NCBI GenBank assembly: GCA_000002435.2
Contig: CM018793.1
DNA length: 64,000 nt
Source: Giardia intestinalis
Taxonomy: Eukaryota
Strand: one strand, 5' to 3'
Position 1 is the first letter of the stretch. Each line of letters begins with the position of its first letter. Both the position numbers and the translations under genes were made by a program. Below the pieces are notes generated by a model. The model had not been told where the DNA came from. It saw nothing but the letters and a program-made list of their open reading frames with translations, and ran no database searches. This document shows, piece by piece, positions 1 through 10,843 of this stretch.

Positions 1-793
1 TTCCAGTAACAGTTGCTTTTTCCACCAACGCATCCAGCTTCTCGTTTGGGACCAACTGCATCGCAACAAGGCGCTGACTATAAACATACATGTGATTCGA
101 GCGAGGAATAATGGACAGGCCCACATTTTGGTTGCTCCTCTGAAAGAGAATGCTTTTGTATATCTTGCGGATATTGCGTGCGGTCTTGAACGCATCATAG
201 TAAACCTGATACAGCCTAAGAGTAGGAAAGGCAGCCATAATAAGTCTCCTGGGCACGTCGACGATGCCATAGGCCAGCAAGATGACTATCTGGAATGTTC
301 CAAACGTGTTAATAAGAGATATCAATAGCGTGTAGAGGACATTCATGGTGAATTTTCTGGTAGCTATCAGCACGACAACCACAATAATTGCAGGGATGCC
401 TATAAGCAGGTAGATGGTCAGGGTGCGAAGCATCCCATGACCCAGCCGGCCCCAGAAGTTCCAGTGGCCAGACTTGAGGAGCTGCTTATAGAGAAAGATC
501 ACAGCCCAGTTGAAGGCCAGCCAGCCAAAGTACAGAAACTTCCAGAGGCCTACCATGGGGCCAGTGGAGAAGGCTGATGACTCAGAAGATACCATAGAAC
601 TGGACTCAGCTATGTCCGGCGGAAAGCCAAGGAAAGCGGTCATTCCAAAAACTAGGGCGGTACCCACAATGATGTAATCTAAAAGATTGATAGTTGAAGA
701 ATTTGGGAACAACTTAAATACTATTCCCGTATATGTTAGAGCTGCTGCAGTAAAGAAAAGAATAACAAGTATAGCCAATTCAGAATAATCCAT
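1..793 (-). CDS. Polytopic membrane protein, partial. N-terminal 264 codons lie in the window; the gene runs off the left edge. Possibly LMBR1-like, but the family is not assigned with confidence.
   Basis: Manual translation of the minus strand from the ATG at 793-791 down to position 2 finds no stop codon. The product (MDYSELAILVILFFTAAALTYTGIVFKLFPNS...GLWKFLYFGWLAFNWAVIFLYKQLL...) has about seven hydrophobic helices. The ORF track does not list it because the stop lies outside the window. Confidence 0.45.
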   Translation of the reverse strand, partial: MDYSELAILVILFFTAAALTYTGIVFKLFPNSSTINLLDYIIVGTALVFGMTAFLGFPPDIAESSSMVSSESSAFSTGPMVGLWKFLYFGWLAFNWAVIFLYKQLLKSGHWNFWGRLGHGMLRTLTIYLLIGIPAIIVVVVLIATRKFTMNVLYTLLISLINTFGTFQIVILLAYGIVDVPRRLIMAAFPTLRLYQVYYDAFKTARNIRKIYKSILFQRSNQNVGLSIIPRSNHMYVYSQRLVAMQLVPNEKLDALVEKATVTG

Positions 794-939
794 GGGAATA
801 CCGTGCCAAAATCGACAATTTGATAGACTGTGTCAACAGGATAGACAGCCAAGACCAGATGCCCAGCTTTTATTTTTAACTCCGAACTTTTTGGGCCTGA
901 ATCAGCGTGTCGGAATGGAAGTACATGGTAGTTCAAGCG

Positions 940-1635
940 TTACCTAAGGAGATATTCGCCGTAGCAGCAGTCCTTTTCCTCACCGTTGTGTGAAAGGTAG
1001 ATCCACACGACAAAGTCTACTATGCCAGCAGGTTCGTGTAATGTGCTGGCTAATTGCTGAAAAGTTTTCAGAATGAACCCGCTGTCGCTATTGTGAAAGA
1101 GACGCTGAAATAACCTCTTCATGTGAACATCGGGCTTTGCGGCGGAACAAAGACCTATGTTTCTCGCCAGTTGCCAGCAAGTCGTAGGCCCGATCATAGG
1201 AAGCTTTGTCAGATCTCGGGGCTCTTTCCAAGTGCGAGAAACAAGTCGGTACTTCTCTGCTCCGGCTGGGCCCGAGAACTGCATGAAGGTTTCCCTAATG
1301 GCGGCACATTTTCTCTGGTTCCTGAACACCTCCTCGAGAGGAGTTATGACAACTCCTGTTGAAAAGTTCAAGCATGATAATATCTTCTTCGTGTATTCTG
1401 AGGCAACTCTGGCACGAAATCCACTTGCAAGGACAGTGTAGACATATTCCTCAAAAAACACCTCTGGGTCCTCCGTCAAATTAGTTTTTGTCCGCAGCCG
1501 CTCCACATCCATGCTGTGAGTCTTCTCTGCAAAGACCTTGGCGTGGGTATAGAGAGTGTGAAGGTCCTCCATTCCTACTCTAAAAAGAAATTGACAATGG
1601 ACGTTATAGACAAAGCATATGAGAGCCTGACCCAA
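940..1635 (-). CDS. HhH-GPD superfamily DNA glycosylase-like protein (endonuclease III / 3-methyladenine glycosylase-like). The true start is probably the internal Met at about 1572.
   Basis: The 231-aa ORF contains the helix-hairpin-helix motif LTKLPMIGPTTCWQLARNIGL followed by a PDVHMKRLF segment, matching the LPGIG..TA....VDTHV.R pattern of Nth/AlkA-type glycosylases. The plus-strand ORFs 1123-1362 and 1157-1441 are antisense artefacts. Confidence 0.45.
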   Translation of the reverse strand: MGQALICFVYNVHCQFLFRVGMEDLHTLYTHAKVFAEKTHSMDVERLRTKTNLTEDPEVFFEEYVYTVLASGFRARVASEYTKKILSCLNFSTGVVITPLEEVFRNQRKCAAIRETFMQFSGPAGAEKYRLVSRTWKEPRDLTKLPMIGPTTCWQLARNIGLCSAAKPDVHMKRLFQRLFHNSDSGFILKTFQQLASTLHEPAGIVDFVVWIYLSHNGEEKDCCYGEYLLR

Positions 1636-2583
1636 GTACGCGAGCCAGGGATGGCTGTTGATCTAGATGTTAGTGACATCCGTACTATTGTGGAGAGGGG
1701 GTGCGCCGTCCTTAATGCGCAGCCAAATGTCTTGTACATAAAATCCAACATATACATCGTAGGAGATACACACGGACAGCTCCACGATATTCTCAATTAC
1801 TTTAATGTTCTGGGCTCTCCACTGACAAAGAATTATCTGTTTTTGGGAGACGTCGTGGACAGAGGATACCAGAGTGTAGAATGCCTCCTTCTCATGCTTG
1901 TGTGCAAAATAAAGCGGCCAAATAACTTCTTTATAATCCGCGGAAACCACGAAACAACAGATCTACAGCCAAATGGCCGTGGCGCCAGTCTCAAAGAGGA
2001 GTGCGACGAACGCTATAGCGAAGAGCCAGATCTTGTGTTCAATCTGCTGATGCGGGCCATGGACTCGTTACCCCTTGTTGCAATCATCGGCCGGCGCATC
2101 CTGTGTGTGCATGGGTGTTTGGCATCAAACTTCTCTCTCGAGAAGCTCAAGGAGCAGAAGCTCCCCTTCAGCCTGAACAGCCTCACCGATGAGATGCGTG
2201 ACATCGTCACAAACCTTCTTTGGAGTGATCCTTTTGAGTATACAGACAAGCAGGACTCGTTTCCAGTCAAGAATGTGGCAAAAATAGGAGGCTCTACTAT
2301 CACTGCATATGAAAATCCTAAGAGGGGGTCCGGCGAAAAGACACCTGATGAGCTGTCTTGCAGCATTTTGGACAAGTACGGTTTTGACATATTAGTCCGG
2401 GGCCACGAGTGCTTCCATGACGGGATGAGCACCTCTGTCTCTGGGCGCGTCTTCACGGTGTTTGGGGCAACACACTATCATAAGAACGTCAAGGACATTA
2501 CAGCTTCTGCGGTTATGCAGGTCTCAAAGGACATGAAAATTAGCTTTGTTCAATTCTTTGAGGAAAATACGCGCACTTGCTAG
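1516..2583 (+). CDS. PPP-family serine/threonine protein phosphatase (calcineurin-like metallophosphoesterase).
   Basis: Contains the metallophosphatase motifs GDTHGQ, GDVVDRG and RGNHE in canonical order and spacing. The 355-aa ORF probably starts at the second Met (MDVIDKAY, about 1594), which removes the overlap with the divergent upstream gene. Confidence 0.8.
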   Translation: MSLLCKDLGVGIESVKVLHSYSKKKLTMDVIDKAYESLTQVREPGMAVDLDVSDIRTIVERGCAVLNAQPNVLYIKSNIYIVGDTHGQLHDILNYFNVLGSPLTKNYLFLGDVVDRGYQSVECLLLMLVCKIKRPNNFFIIRGNHETTDLQPNGRGASLKEECDERYSEEPDLVFNLLMRAMDSLPLVAIIGRRILCVHGCLASNFSLEKLKEQKLPFSLNSLTDEMRDIVTNLLWSDPFEYTDKQDSFPVKNVAKIGGSTITAYENPKRGSGEKTPDELSCSILDKYGFDILVRGHECFHDGMSTSVSGRVFTVFGATHYHKNVKDITASAVMQVSKDMKISFVQFFEENTRTC

Positions 2584-2644
2584 CCTATCTAGTGCAATCT
2601 ACTGTAGTAAATATACCTTGGGATTTACTAAGGTGGCCAAATGA

Positions 2645-3349
2645 TTGAGACTGAAAATTCAAATGCTGCTTGTCTTTGATGTTGACGGCACTCTCATCGA
2701 CAACGTTCACGTCTTTGTCTCCTGCATTAACGGTATCTTGGGTAGGCACGGTTACCCTTCATTTTCTCAGGAGCACATCACGTCTGTCATAGGGTGGGGA
2801 TGCGAGCATACTATTAAGGCACTCCTTCCAGACGTAGATGAAAGCACACAACTCCAGCTGGCCAGAGAGTATCGTGAAGAGATCAAGGCCATACAATCTG
2901 AACCTCAAGAGCTCTTCAATGGCGCCTTTGATGTGATGATGCGCTTGACCAAGATTGCTCAAAGAACCAGGGATTCAAGTTGCCAGGCCCTTAAGCTGGC
3001 AATTTTATCGAACAAGGAACATGACGCAACTCTCATCGTTGCCGATAAGGCATTCTCAGCCTTCTCGTTCGATGTTATCCTTGGAGCCGAGAAATCCCGT
3101 CGGTCCAAACCGCATCCCGATGGTCTGCTCGACATCATGCAACGCTGTTGTGCCACGCCAGAAGACACGTTGATGATTGGAGACATGACGGTCGATATTC
3201 AAGCCGGAGTTGCTGCAGGCGTCAGGACGATTGCATGTACATGGGGCTTCCACGGCACGGACATCTTGGCTGCTGAGAATCCTACCTACCTCGTCAACTC
3301 ATGGCAGGAGCTTGAGGAGCTTTTACTGAGGCTTATAAACAATTCTTGA
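2645..3349 (+). CDS. HAD-superfamily hydrolase (phosphoglycolate phosphatase / subfamily IA-like).
   Basis: Motif I LLVFDVDGTLIDN (DxDGT), a conserved Ser/Thr region ILSNKEH, a Lys region SKPHPDGL, and motif IV IGDMTVDIQAG. Confidence 0.7.
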   Translation: MRLKIQMLLVFDVDGTLIDNVHVFVSCINGILGRHGYPSFSQEHITSVIGWGCEHTIKALLPDVDESTQLQLAREYREEIKAIQSEPQELFNGAFDVMMRLTKIAQRTRDSSCQALKLAILSNKEHDATLIVADKAFSAFSFDVILGAEKSRRSKPHPDGLLDIMQRCCATPEDTLMIGDMTVDIQAGVAAGVRTIACTWGFHGTDILAAENPTYLVNSWQELEELLLRLINNS

Positions 3350-3354
3350 TGCAT

Positions 3355-4518
3355 TTACATAACACGAGATTGGATTGTAGGAATGTCCAGCTCACCTGCT
3401 AGATTGCTCTGAAAGAGCGTCTCCACACCGCTCTGATCAAGGTCCTGACCAAGTAAAATAGACAATTTGGTGTAAGCAGCCTCTGGAGTCATAGTGTATG
3501 CTGAAATTACACCGGCACGGCGCATGGCCCCGCCAGTCTCATAGAGACCGAGATCCACCATGCCCCAAAATGTCTGCGTAGCATCCACGATTACCAAACC
3601 TCTTGCATGAAGAGTTTCTAGAGCGGCGATAAACTCTGGATCAGAGGATGGACCGTTCCCAGATCCAAACGCTAGAAGTACCAGCCCTTTCTTTCCGACG
3701 GCTGTTGCAAGCAAGTCGTTGCCAGAAACTCCCGGATAAATGTGTACAATTCCAACAGCTGAGGAAACTGCGTCCTGCACAGTTGGCTTTTGATCACTGT
3801 CTGCCCTGCGAATCTTCTCCGTGTTGACAAAAACACTGACTCCCATGATAGCTAGTGGCGGGTAGGCTCCCGAGTCAAAAGCATTCAACTGCCAAGAGGA
3901 GTACTTCTGTGCCCTATTGCCTCTGTAGAGCTTTCCAGCAAAGAACAACCCAACCTCGGGAATGTCATACCATCCAGCTAACAGAATTGAGCCCAACAAG
4001 TTGAAGACACCGTCATTATATGTTTCAGCAAGAGGTATCTGGGATCCCGTTAGTATGACAGGCTTTGACAGGTTTGGAAGAAGAAAGGACAGCGCAGATG
4101 CTGTGTATGAAAGGGTATCAGTTCCATGGATGACTACAAATCCAGTGTAGTTGTCATATGCATCTGCAATGTCACGTGCTATCAATAGCCAGTCTTCTGG
4201 CCTCATATTGGATGAGTCCAGCAGTACATCATATTCACGTATGGTAAAGAGAGGCACGTCATCGGCCGAGAAGCATGGAAGAGAGGCAACAACTTCTTCC
4301 AGGTATCCTGGAGTTGGAACATACTCCCCAGTCTCATCCTTAGTCATTCCAATGGTTCCCCCGACATAGAGGCAAAGAACGTGGGGTCGTAATCCGACAC
4401 CTCTGTTCACATGCCAAGGGGCGTCCACTGAACCACTTGCTGTCGAAGCAGTAATAAGCTGAAGTATAAAAATGGTAACAGCAGTCAGAGAGCTCATTAT
4501 CCTTTGCACCTTCACCAC
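3355..4518 (-). CDS. L-asparaginase (type I / lysophospholipase-like N-terminal asparaginase family) with a hydrophobic N-terminal signal-like segment.
   Basis: Contains GGTIGM (the TGGTIAG active-site region), HGTDTLSYTASALSFLL (HGTDTM motif) and VILTGSQIPL. The N-terminus LTAVTIFILQLITASTASG looks like a signal peptide. Confidence 0.75.
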   Translation of the reverse strand: MVKVQRIMSSLTAVTIFILQLITASTASGSVDAPWHVNRGVGLRPHVLCLYVGGTIGMTKDETGEYVPTPGYLEEVVASLPCFSADDVPLFTIREYDVLLDSSNMRPEDWLLIARDIADAYDNYTGFVVIHGTDTLSYTASALSFLLPNLSKPVILTGSQIPLAETYNDGVFNLLGSILLAGWYDIPEVGLFFAGKLYRGNRAQKYSSWQLNAFDSGAYPPLAIMGVSVFVNTEKIRRADSDQKPTVQDAVSSAVGIVHIYPGVSGNDLLATAVGKKGLVLLAFGSGNGPSSDPEFIAALETLHARGLVIVDATQTFWGMVDLGLYETGGAMRRAGVISAYTMTPEAAYTKLSILLGQDLDQSGVETLFQSNLAGELDIPTIQSRVM

Positions 4519-4789
4519 CAGTCAAATTATTTCTCTAGGCAATGCTTTTATGTTAACACAGCCAAGAACAGAGTGTTTTCTATCCTAATGTCAAACACTT
4601 TCAACGAAATCCGGTACATGTCCCCATATAGGTCTTGGCGATAAGTTGTGCGCAGTAACACGTAATGATACACCACCCAATTTAGTCTCTGAGTGGCTGG
4701 GAGTCGCCAAACAAGATTGTCTAAGGCATTCTAGTAGAAGTGTTTAGAAGTCCTGCAGATCCTTTGGCATCCTGTACAAACTATTATGA

Positions 4790-5398
<609 letters not shown>

Positions 5399-5560
5399 GG
5401 GCTCATATGTTTGCAGAGCGTGTCGTTTTGTATCCTCCTGTATTAAGTTCTGGCGCCTCCTCTTGCGGGAAGAGAGTAAACGGGTTAGTTAGCCTCAGTT
5501 GCCTTCATTGCCCGTCGCTGTCGGCTAAATTGACTCCGGGGCCTTCGGTGCATAGCGCGG

Positions 5561-6022
5561 TTACTCTACAGCTACAGAAACAGAGAGCATGACCTTCGGG
5601 CCATCCACCTGGGTAATGGTCACATTGCCCAGTAGGCCAAGAGAATCTATTGCACCTGAAATGCACCCCTCAATAAATGCACAATAGAAGGTGAGTAAAT
5701 TGTCTTTTTGCATAACAAGCTTATAGCTCGCAAGAGGCAATTCTGCTCCCTCAAAGAGTGTCTCAATATCTTTAATGGTAGGATTTCCAAGGAACGTTCT
5801 GGTTTCTGGCCCAAACAGCGCTTCCCAAATAAACGCAATAAAAGAAACTTGCATCTTGGAGTCGCTGAGCTGTTGTGGAGGCAGAGTCTTGGTATATGCA
5901 CTGCCGGAGCGAAAACCAAGATTGAAGCCTAGTTGTTGCAATTTGAGTATAGCTTCAGGGCCTTTCAAGGAATTACTGTCTACTGTTCGCGTTAGGATGG
6001 AGTCTAAGAGCACGAAAATCAT
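5561..6022 (-). CDS. TRAPP complex Bet3-family subunit (Bet3/Trs31/Trs33-like).
   Basis: The 153-aa ORF aligns by eye to human TRAPPC3: LQQLGFNLGFR versus LDKMGFNIGVR, IAFIWEALFG versus AKVAFKMYLG, and FYCAFIEGCISGAIDSLG versus LLCGVLRGALEMV. Three overlapping ORFs on the plus strand (5647-5919 is minus; 5708-5932 and 5775-6029 are plus) have no recognisable content. Confidence 0.55.
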   Translation of the reverse strand: MIFVLLDSILTRTVDSNSLKGPEAILKLQQLGFNLGFRSGSAYTKTLPPQQLSDSKMQVSFIAFIWEALFGPETRTFLGNPTIKDIETLFEGAELPLASYKLVMQKDNLLTFYCAFIEGCISGAIDSLGLLGNVTITQVDGPKVMLSVSVAVE

Positions 6023-6075
6023 GTTCTAATTCGCAGGTGCTTTAGAAATTATCTAGCAAAAAAACACCCGAGGAC

Positions 6076-9000
6076 ATGCAATTTCTTTACCCTACTGCAA
6101 TTGTAGGGGGCACAGTTCAGTCAAACGCGCAAGTGGTCTTTCATGAGGTCGACCAGAGTGTCTTTATCTTTATGGTGACTAATTGCTACGTTTCGGTCTA
6201 CCATTACTCCACGGTTGACGAGAACCCTTCAGTCACTACTGCAGGCTTCTGTGTGCTATTGGAAACAAAGGAGTCTTGTAGAATCACAGCAATTGCTATA
6301 CAGGGTGAAACTTTATTTGCTGCCGCATCCTCTGGACTTACTAGAAACAGTGAACAAAAGGACGGCATTAATCCACTACACAGCCCTCTCAAGGAGGGGC
6401 ACTCCTCTAGCTATCTGTTTGCAGGGAGCGTTACACAATTAATGCGGCGATACACCACAGACCCTGGGACAGCTGGTATAGCCTTTCTAAGCCCATTACC
6501 GGCAGAGTTGACCCTTCGAATCAAGGAGCCAATCGTTCTTCTTAGAATTGTTGGATTAGCCACTCCAGATTCTCCCGACACTAGCATGCGACCTAGCAAT
6601 GCAGATGAGTCGCAATACAGCACCGTAATCGCCATTGTAACGCAGAGTGGGAAGTTCTACTACACTTATAATAACTCTCCAGAGATCTGTGCAGTAGCTC
6701 TGAAAGCCCCCTGCACTACCATCGTTGAGTGCCCAAGATCTACCAATATTTCGCAGCTATTTTTGGGCGGAGTGGGATATGTTGCAATGGTGAGTCCGTT
6801 TGATGGCGGGAGCGTACGGTATATCGATCTGAGCCAAATGTCAAAACAAGGAGATAGTACCCCAATTAACATCGTCTCCATCGTCAAGTATGGCCGATAC
6901 ATTTATGTCTTTTCCGATGATAGCCGCGTGCTGCAGGTTAAGCTTAGCGACGGAAAGGCTCTACGGACATTGAATCGACCTATTCATGTTTTTACAGTGC
7001 TCGGGGTAACGCAGAGCAGCGAGCTTTTCCACTGCTACGGCACTAATGGGGTCGTTCGCTTACTTACCTGTGATACTCTTAAGCTCTACCACAAGGTAAC
7101 CATTAGCTCTTTCAAGCACCTACACTACTACTCCTCTTCTTCAATTGTAGCTATGCATGTGTCCAAGTCTGGAATATGTTCTGTTTTAGAAGATAGCACG
7201 ATCGCCATTTACAAGCAAGAATCCCCCTCAGATGAGGCGCTCAAGAATCCGCGGAGCATGTTGCGATCGCGAGCAGGAGCACCCAGCAGTGGAGATGGAT
7301 GTGCCTCGGCAAACACCCACGCCCGTGATTCAAATACTCTTGTGCTAGCGAGCGTGTTCTATGGACATACTCCTTTTTCAGATAGCATATTCCTGGGAGA
7401 ATCTATCACGTACTCATATGCACAGACTCCAGGTAACCCCTGTTACCTGTCGATTCGTGGAGCAGAGTATGGGCAGGTGCACTTCTTCGATGTCTTCCCT
7501 CACTACATCAACTTCTTCTCTTTAGGTGAGCTTGTGATAGGCTTTTGCACAACAGCTGAAGCTACGCGGATAAAGCTATTGGCCAAGGCGGATCCTCTTT
7601 CCACTGTTTGCATGGTTATATATAGTATCAACGCGAGAAAGTTCATTCTCTCTTACTCCTTTAAGAAGTTTACCAAGGTGGATTTACTGACAGCAAGCTT
7701 TACTCCAGACGACAAGCTGCAGATATACTTTGTTGTTGACGGAAACATCTTCTATTTCCGGAATCTGGATGTGAAGCAATCAGCCTTTCACAATATTGTG
7801 CCTCTTTGTGCTAAGTTGCCGCACCTGAAAGCAGCGGACGCTTTTACTTCAATCATCACGCCTCAGGTGCCGAACTTCTGCTATTGCTTGACTAAAATGG
7901 GGTCTATCTACCAAGTGGCGTTTGGCACAGACATCAAGACGCATACGCGTACAATTTTCCAGCCCCCACAAGATGTCATAGATGTGTTTGGGGTACACAT
8001 AAGTCCAAATGGAAAGTATCTGCTAGTGGGTATCACCTCTATGATTGATTCCTCCCTCAAAAACTCTCCTACCGATTCCTATCTTCGGTCTGACGTCTTC
8101 ATAATTAATATAGACAGAGAGAGCACTAGAATATTGCTGAAGCAAAATATTGTTGAAACGCTGTCATTATCGGAGATACCGGAGGGTCCAAACGCATTGG
8201 CAGTCGGCTATCTCGGCCGTAACAGCGAGACTTTGCCAAGAAACGGCAAAAATACCTCCACTGGATTTGCTAATATGGTCAGTAATCAAGGGGATCTTTC
8301 AGACATGATTTATGCTGTATTCTTTAAATACAAAAGCCTTATTAGCATACGTTCTGTTATTCTCAATAAAAGAATTGCATTAGTTAATTCACTTCAACTT
8401 GACTCTTCTTTGCACAACCATCAGCTATATATTAACAATTATGGAAATCTTATCGTTTATGTAGCTAACGATAAGGCAATCGTTAAGTTTTCACCGCTGT
8501 CTGTAGCCGCGTTCCACTCATCATTGCAATTGCAGACCTCAGCCAGAAGTTCCACAGATGATGTTCCCTCATCCACTGACTTTGTATTTGGAGAGGGGAC
8601 ATACTTTGATGAGGCTGACTCCGGGATTCTACTTCCGAGGCCAATCTCTACAGAGCTCACGATAAAGCTAGAAGCAACATACACAGGTATAAACCCTGGA
8701 AAGCACGGTATAAGCGATCACATTCAGCCATCTGATAGACACTCTAATTGGGGAGCCGAATCTCTGGAATGCGCTCTTTCTGCACACAACCTTTCTACAA
8801 AAGGGAATGGACACACTGGTGATTCTCAAGAGCAGCAAGATACAATGCATAATGATTCCAAATATGCTTCCCTAAGTGAGGATTCCGACCTTTCAAACGC
8901 TGTGTTAGAGGCGTATGAGTACAATATGCAGACTGTGAACGCAAACCAAGCACCGAAGCTAACAGAAACAACCCTAGATAGTATATTTGAAAATGTAGAC

Positions 9001-10116
9001 ATCCTTGACGAGGAATCCGTACTGAAGAGGCTCGACTCTAAAGAAGCACGCCAAACCCTCTCCGAGTCCATTATTTTGACAATGAAGGATATCCTGTTGA
9101 GCAATGATTCATCACCGTTGGCGCCTGACAAAGGAAGCGCACAAAATACTCCGATTATGCCGTCTCTGGCCTCACCTCCAGGCTCTGCACGTCAGCATTC
9201 GCCCCCTTCCCAATTACCACCAATCACCCCTAAGGTAAAAGCCGCTATTTCTCCAGATGTTTCAGCACGTATAAAGGTAGGCAATCTAAAGCCTGTCATA
9301 ATTTTCAACGAAAATGTGGGTCAGATAACATCTGCTGCTCTTCCAGAGTCAAAGTTCGAAACAGCCTCATCAGTGCAGCACATCCCACAGGAAAAAAAGG
9401 AGGTGGAGGCAGGAAGTCTCCCTACGTCTCCAGCATCGAAGCCAGAGCCGGAACCAGAGCCATCCAAGGAAGCAAAGCCTATTGGTACGATCTTCTCACC
9501 CAGCGGGCATGATGAATTCAACAATACAATAAAGCCACCTGGTGATTCTAAAGCCGCCGGAGACGCGAAGAGAGTCATAGAGGCTATAGATTTGAGTATG
9601 TCTATCAAGAAATCATCTACGCTTTTGCAAAGCATATCTGCTGCACGCATGAATATAGCTGCCGCCTTGGCTGAACTAGAGAACTTACGGGAGCATTGTA
9701 GTGAAGACGAATATGCCAGTATTCTAACCTCTGCAGCGCCTCAGCTTCAAGAGGAGGCAAAGCACTTGAGCCACGTGCAATATAAAGTATCAACACTTGC
9801 AACACTCCATTCTTCGTCCTCTATGCTGACGTCATCTGCAGAAGCCTCCAAGGTCACACCCCACAGCCCGACGAACAGCGTATTATCCCAGTACATTGAC
9901 GCTGATGGCCACATACCTGCCAGTCAATTTGAGAGTATACTGGCTCAGTTTGGGAACAACCTGATTCAATCACTGAAGAGTTTGATTAGTCGGCCGAGCA
10001 TTGAGAGTGGTGAGGGAGCCCCTTCACAAAGCCAACAACCGCAGCCATTATCTGGTGCAGCTTTGGCGAGTGTCCTCCAGGTTCCTCTCTCACCAAAATA
10101 CCCTAGTAAATCTTAG
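6076..10116 (+). CDS. Large hypothetical protein (1346 aa) with a C-terminal Ser/Pro/Glu-rich low-complexity region and a coiled-coil segment.
   Basis: Uninterrupted 4 kb ORF with an AT-rich initiator (ctagcaaaaaaacacccgaggac) directly upstream. Contains a PEPEPEPSKEAKP tract and AAALAELENLREH. No recognisable catalytic motifs. Confidence 0.6.
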   Translation: MQFLYPTAIVGGTVQSNAQVVFHEVDQSVFIFMVTNCYVSVYHYSTVDENPSVTTAGFCVLLETKESCRITAIAIQGETLFAAASSGLTRNSEQKDGINPLHSPLKEGHSSSYLFAGSVTQLMRRYTTDPGTAGIAFLSPLPAELTLRIKEPIVLLRIVGLATPDSPDTSMRPSNADESQYSTVIAIVTQSGKFYYTYNNSPEICAVALKAPCTTIVECPRSTNISQLFLGGVGYVAMVSPFDGGSVRYIDLSQMSKQGDSTPINIVSIVKYGRYIYVFSDDSRVLQVKLSDGKALRTLNRPIHVFTVLGVTQSSELFHCYGTNGVVRLLTCDTLKLYHKVTISSFKHLHYYSSSSIVAMHVSKSGICSVLEDSTIAIYKQESPSDEALKNPRSMLRSRAGAPSSGDGCASANTHARDSNTLVLASVFYGHTPFSDSIFLGESITYSYAQTPGNPCYLSIRGAEYGQVHFFDVFPHYINFFSLGELVIGFCTTAEATRIKLLAKADPLSTVCMVIYSINARKFILSYSFKKFTKVDLLTASFTPDDKLQIYFVVDGNIFYFRNLDVKQSAFHNIVPLCAKLPHLKAADAFTSIITPQVPNFCYCLTKMGSIYQVAFGTDIKTHTRTIFQPPQDVIDVFGVHISPNGKYLLVGITSMIDSSLKNSPTDSYLRSDVFIINIDRESTRILLKQNIVETLSLSEIPEGPNALAVGYLGRNSETLPRNGKNTSTGFANMVSNQGDLSDMIYAVFFKYKSLISIRSVILNKRIALVNSLQLDSSLHNHQLYINNYGNLIVYVANDKAIVKFSPLSVAAFHSSLQLQTSARSSTDDVPSSTDFVFGEGTYFDEADSGILLPRPISTELTIKLEATYTGINPGKHGISDHIQPSDRHSNWGAESLECALSAHNLSTKGNGHTGDSQEQQDTMHNDSKYASLSEDSDLSNAVLEAYEYNMQTVNANQAPKLTETTLDSIFENVDILDEESVLKRLDSKEARQTLSESIILTMKDILLSNDSSPLAPDKGSAQNTPIMPSLASPPGSARQHSPPSQLPPITPKVKAAISPDVSARIKVGNLKPVIIFNENVGQITSAALPESKFETASSVQHIPQEKKEVEAGSLPTSPASKPEPEPEPSKEAKPIGTIFSPSGHDEFNNTIKPPGDSKAAGDAKRVIEAIDLSMSIKKSSTLLQSISAARMNIAAALAELENLREHCSEDEYASILTSAAPQLQEEAKHLSHVQYKVSTLATLHSSSSMLTSSAEASKVTPHSPTNSVLSQYIDADGHIPASQFESILAQFGNNLIQSLKSLISRPSIESGEGAPSQSQQPQPLSGAALASVLQVPLSPKYPSKS

Positions 10117-10147
10117 TACCAATCCTATGTAGTTATCTTTAAAAAAG

Positions 10148-10834
10148 ATGGACAACACTGCACAATACCTGAGAGAACTAACAGGGATTGAGGATCTCTC
10201 CATGGTCGAGTCTCTATCTCTTATTATAGACGTGTCAACTCAGTCGCTAGATCAGCTTTCTATGTTGTTGCCAAACTTGAAAGTCCTCAATGTAAGCCAT
10301 TCCGAAGTCACCATTTTAGACATATCTAGCGCATTCCCTAATTTGCGCGAGCTTATCCTCGATGAGTGCGAGCTCAGCGACCTTACTGGCATTTTCATGC
10401 TATCAAATTTAAAGAAGTTTAGGGCTCGGTCCAATTGTATCGAAGACTTGAGCCCTTTTTTAGAATGCTTTACCCTTGAGGTGATTGACCTTTGCCACAA
10501 CTCTATCTCAGACTTCAGTGCACTCTATAGCCTCACTCACCTGCCTCTTGTGAAACTGTTGGTTTCCGACAATCCTTTCTGGACACGTGCAAGCGATCAT
10601 CAAGCTATGGAACGCTGCTTACAAGAGCTTTTCCCTCGAGTTATGCAATTCTCATACCGTGAGCAAAGCCCAGAATCTCTATATGTTTCTCTGAGACTTG
10701 CAGCACCGACAGCCAAGCTGCTCAAGCATTCTAAATATGCCATAGGGACCAATGCACTTTTTAACTCGCCAAGCAGCCTTCTTCGGAGGAAGCGAAATAT
10801 TTCACAAGCGTGCCTTGTGTTTGACAGCCCATAA
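10148..10834 (+). CDS. Leucine-rich repeat protein (SDS22-like LRR).
   Basis: Repeated LxxLxxLxLxxNxI units: LPNLKVLNVSHSEVTIL, LRELILDECELSDL, LKKFRARSNCIEDL, LEVIDLCHNSISDF. Confidence 0.65.
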   Translation: MDNTAQYLRELTGIEDLSMVESLSLIIDVSTQSLDQLSMLLPNLKVLNVSHSEVTILDISSAFPNLRELILDECELSDLTGIFMLSNLKKFRARSNCIEDLSPFLECFTLEVIDLCHNSISDFSALYSLTHLPLVKLLVSDNPFWTRASDHQAMERCLQELFPRVMQFSYREQSPESLYVSLRLAAPTAKLLKHSKYAIGTNALFNSPSSLLRRKRNISQACLVFDSP

Positions 10835-10843
10835 CCCCAAAAA

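Noticed and set aside
92-328. 78-aa plus-strand ORF at the left edge.
   Set aside because: It lies antisense to a much longer open minus-strand frame (1-793) that encodes a convincing polytopic membrane protein. It has no motifs and atypical composition.
5647-6029. Three overlapping ORFs (5647-5919 minus; 5708-5932 and 5775-6029 plus) around the TRAPP subunit gene.
   Set aside because: Only the 5561-6022 minus-strand frame aligns to Bet3-family residues. The others are basic, low-complexity alternative frames.
9351-9365. gttcgaa T-loop-like string checked as a possible tRNA.
   Set aside because: It is embedded in the middle of a 4 kb ORF with no acceptor-stem or anticodon-arm complementarity around it. 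No convincing tRNA or rRNA was found anywhere in the window.
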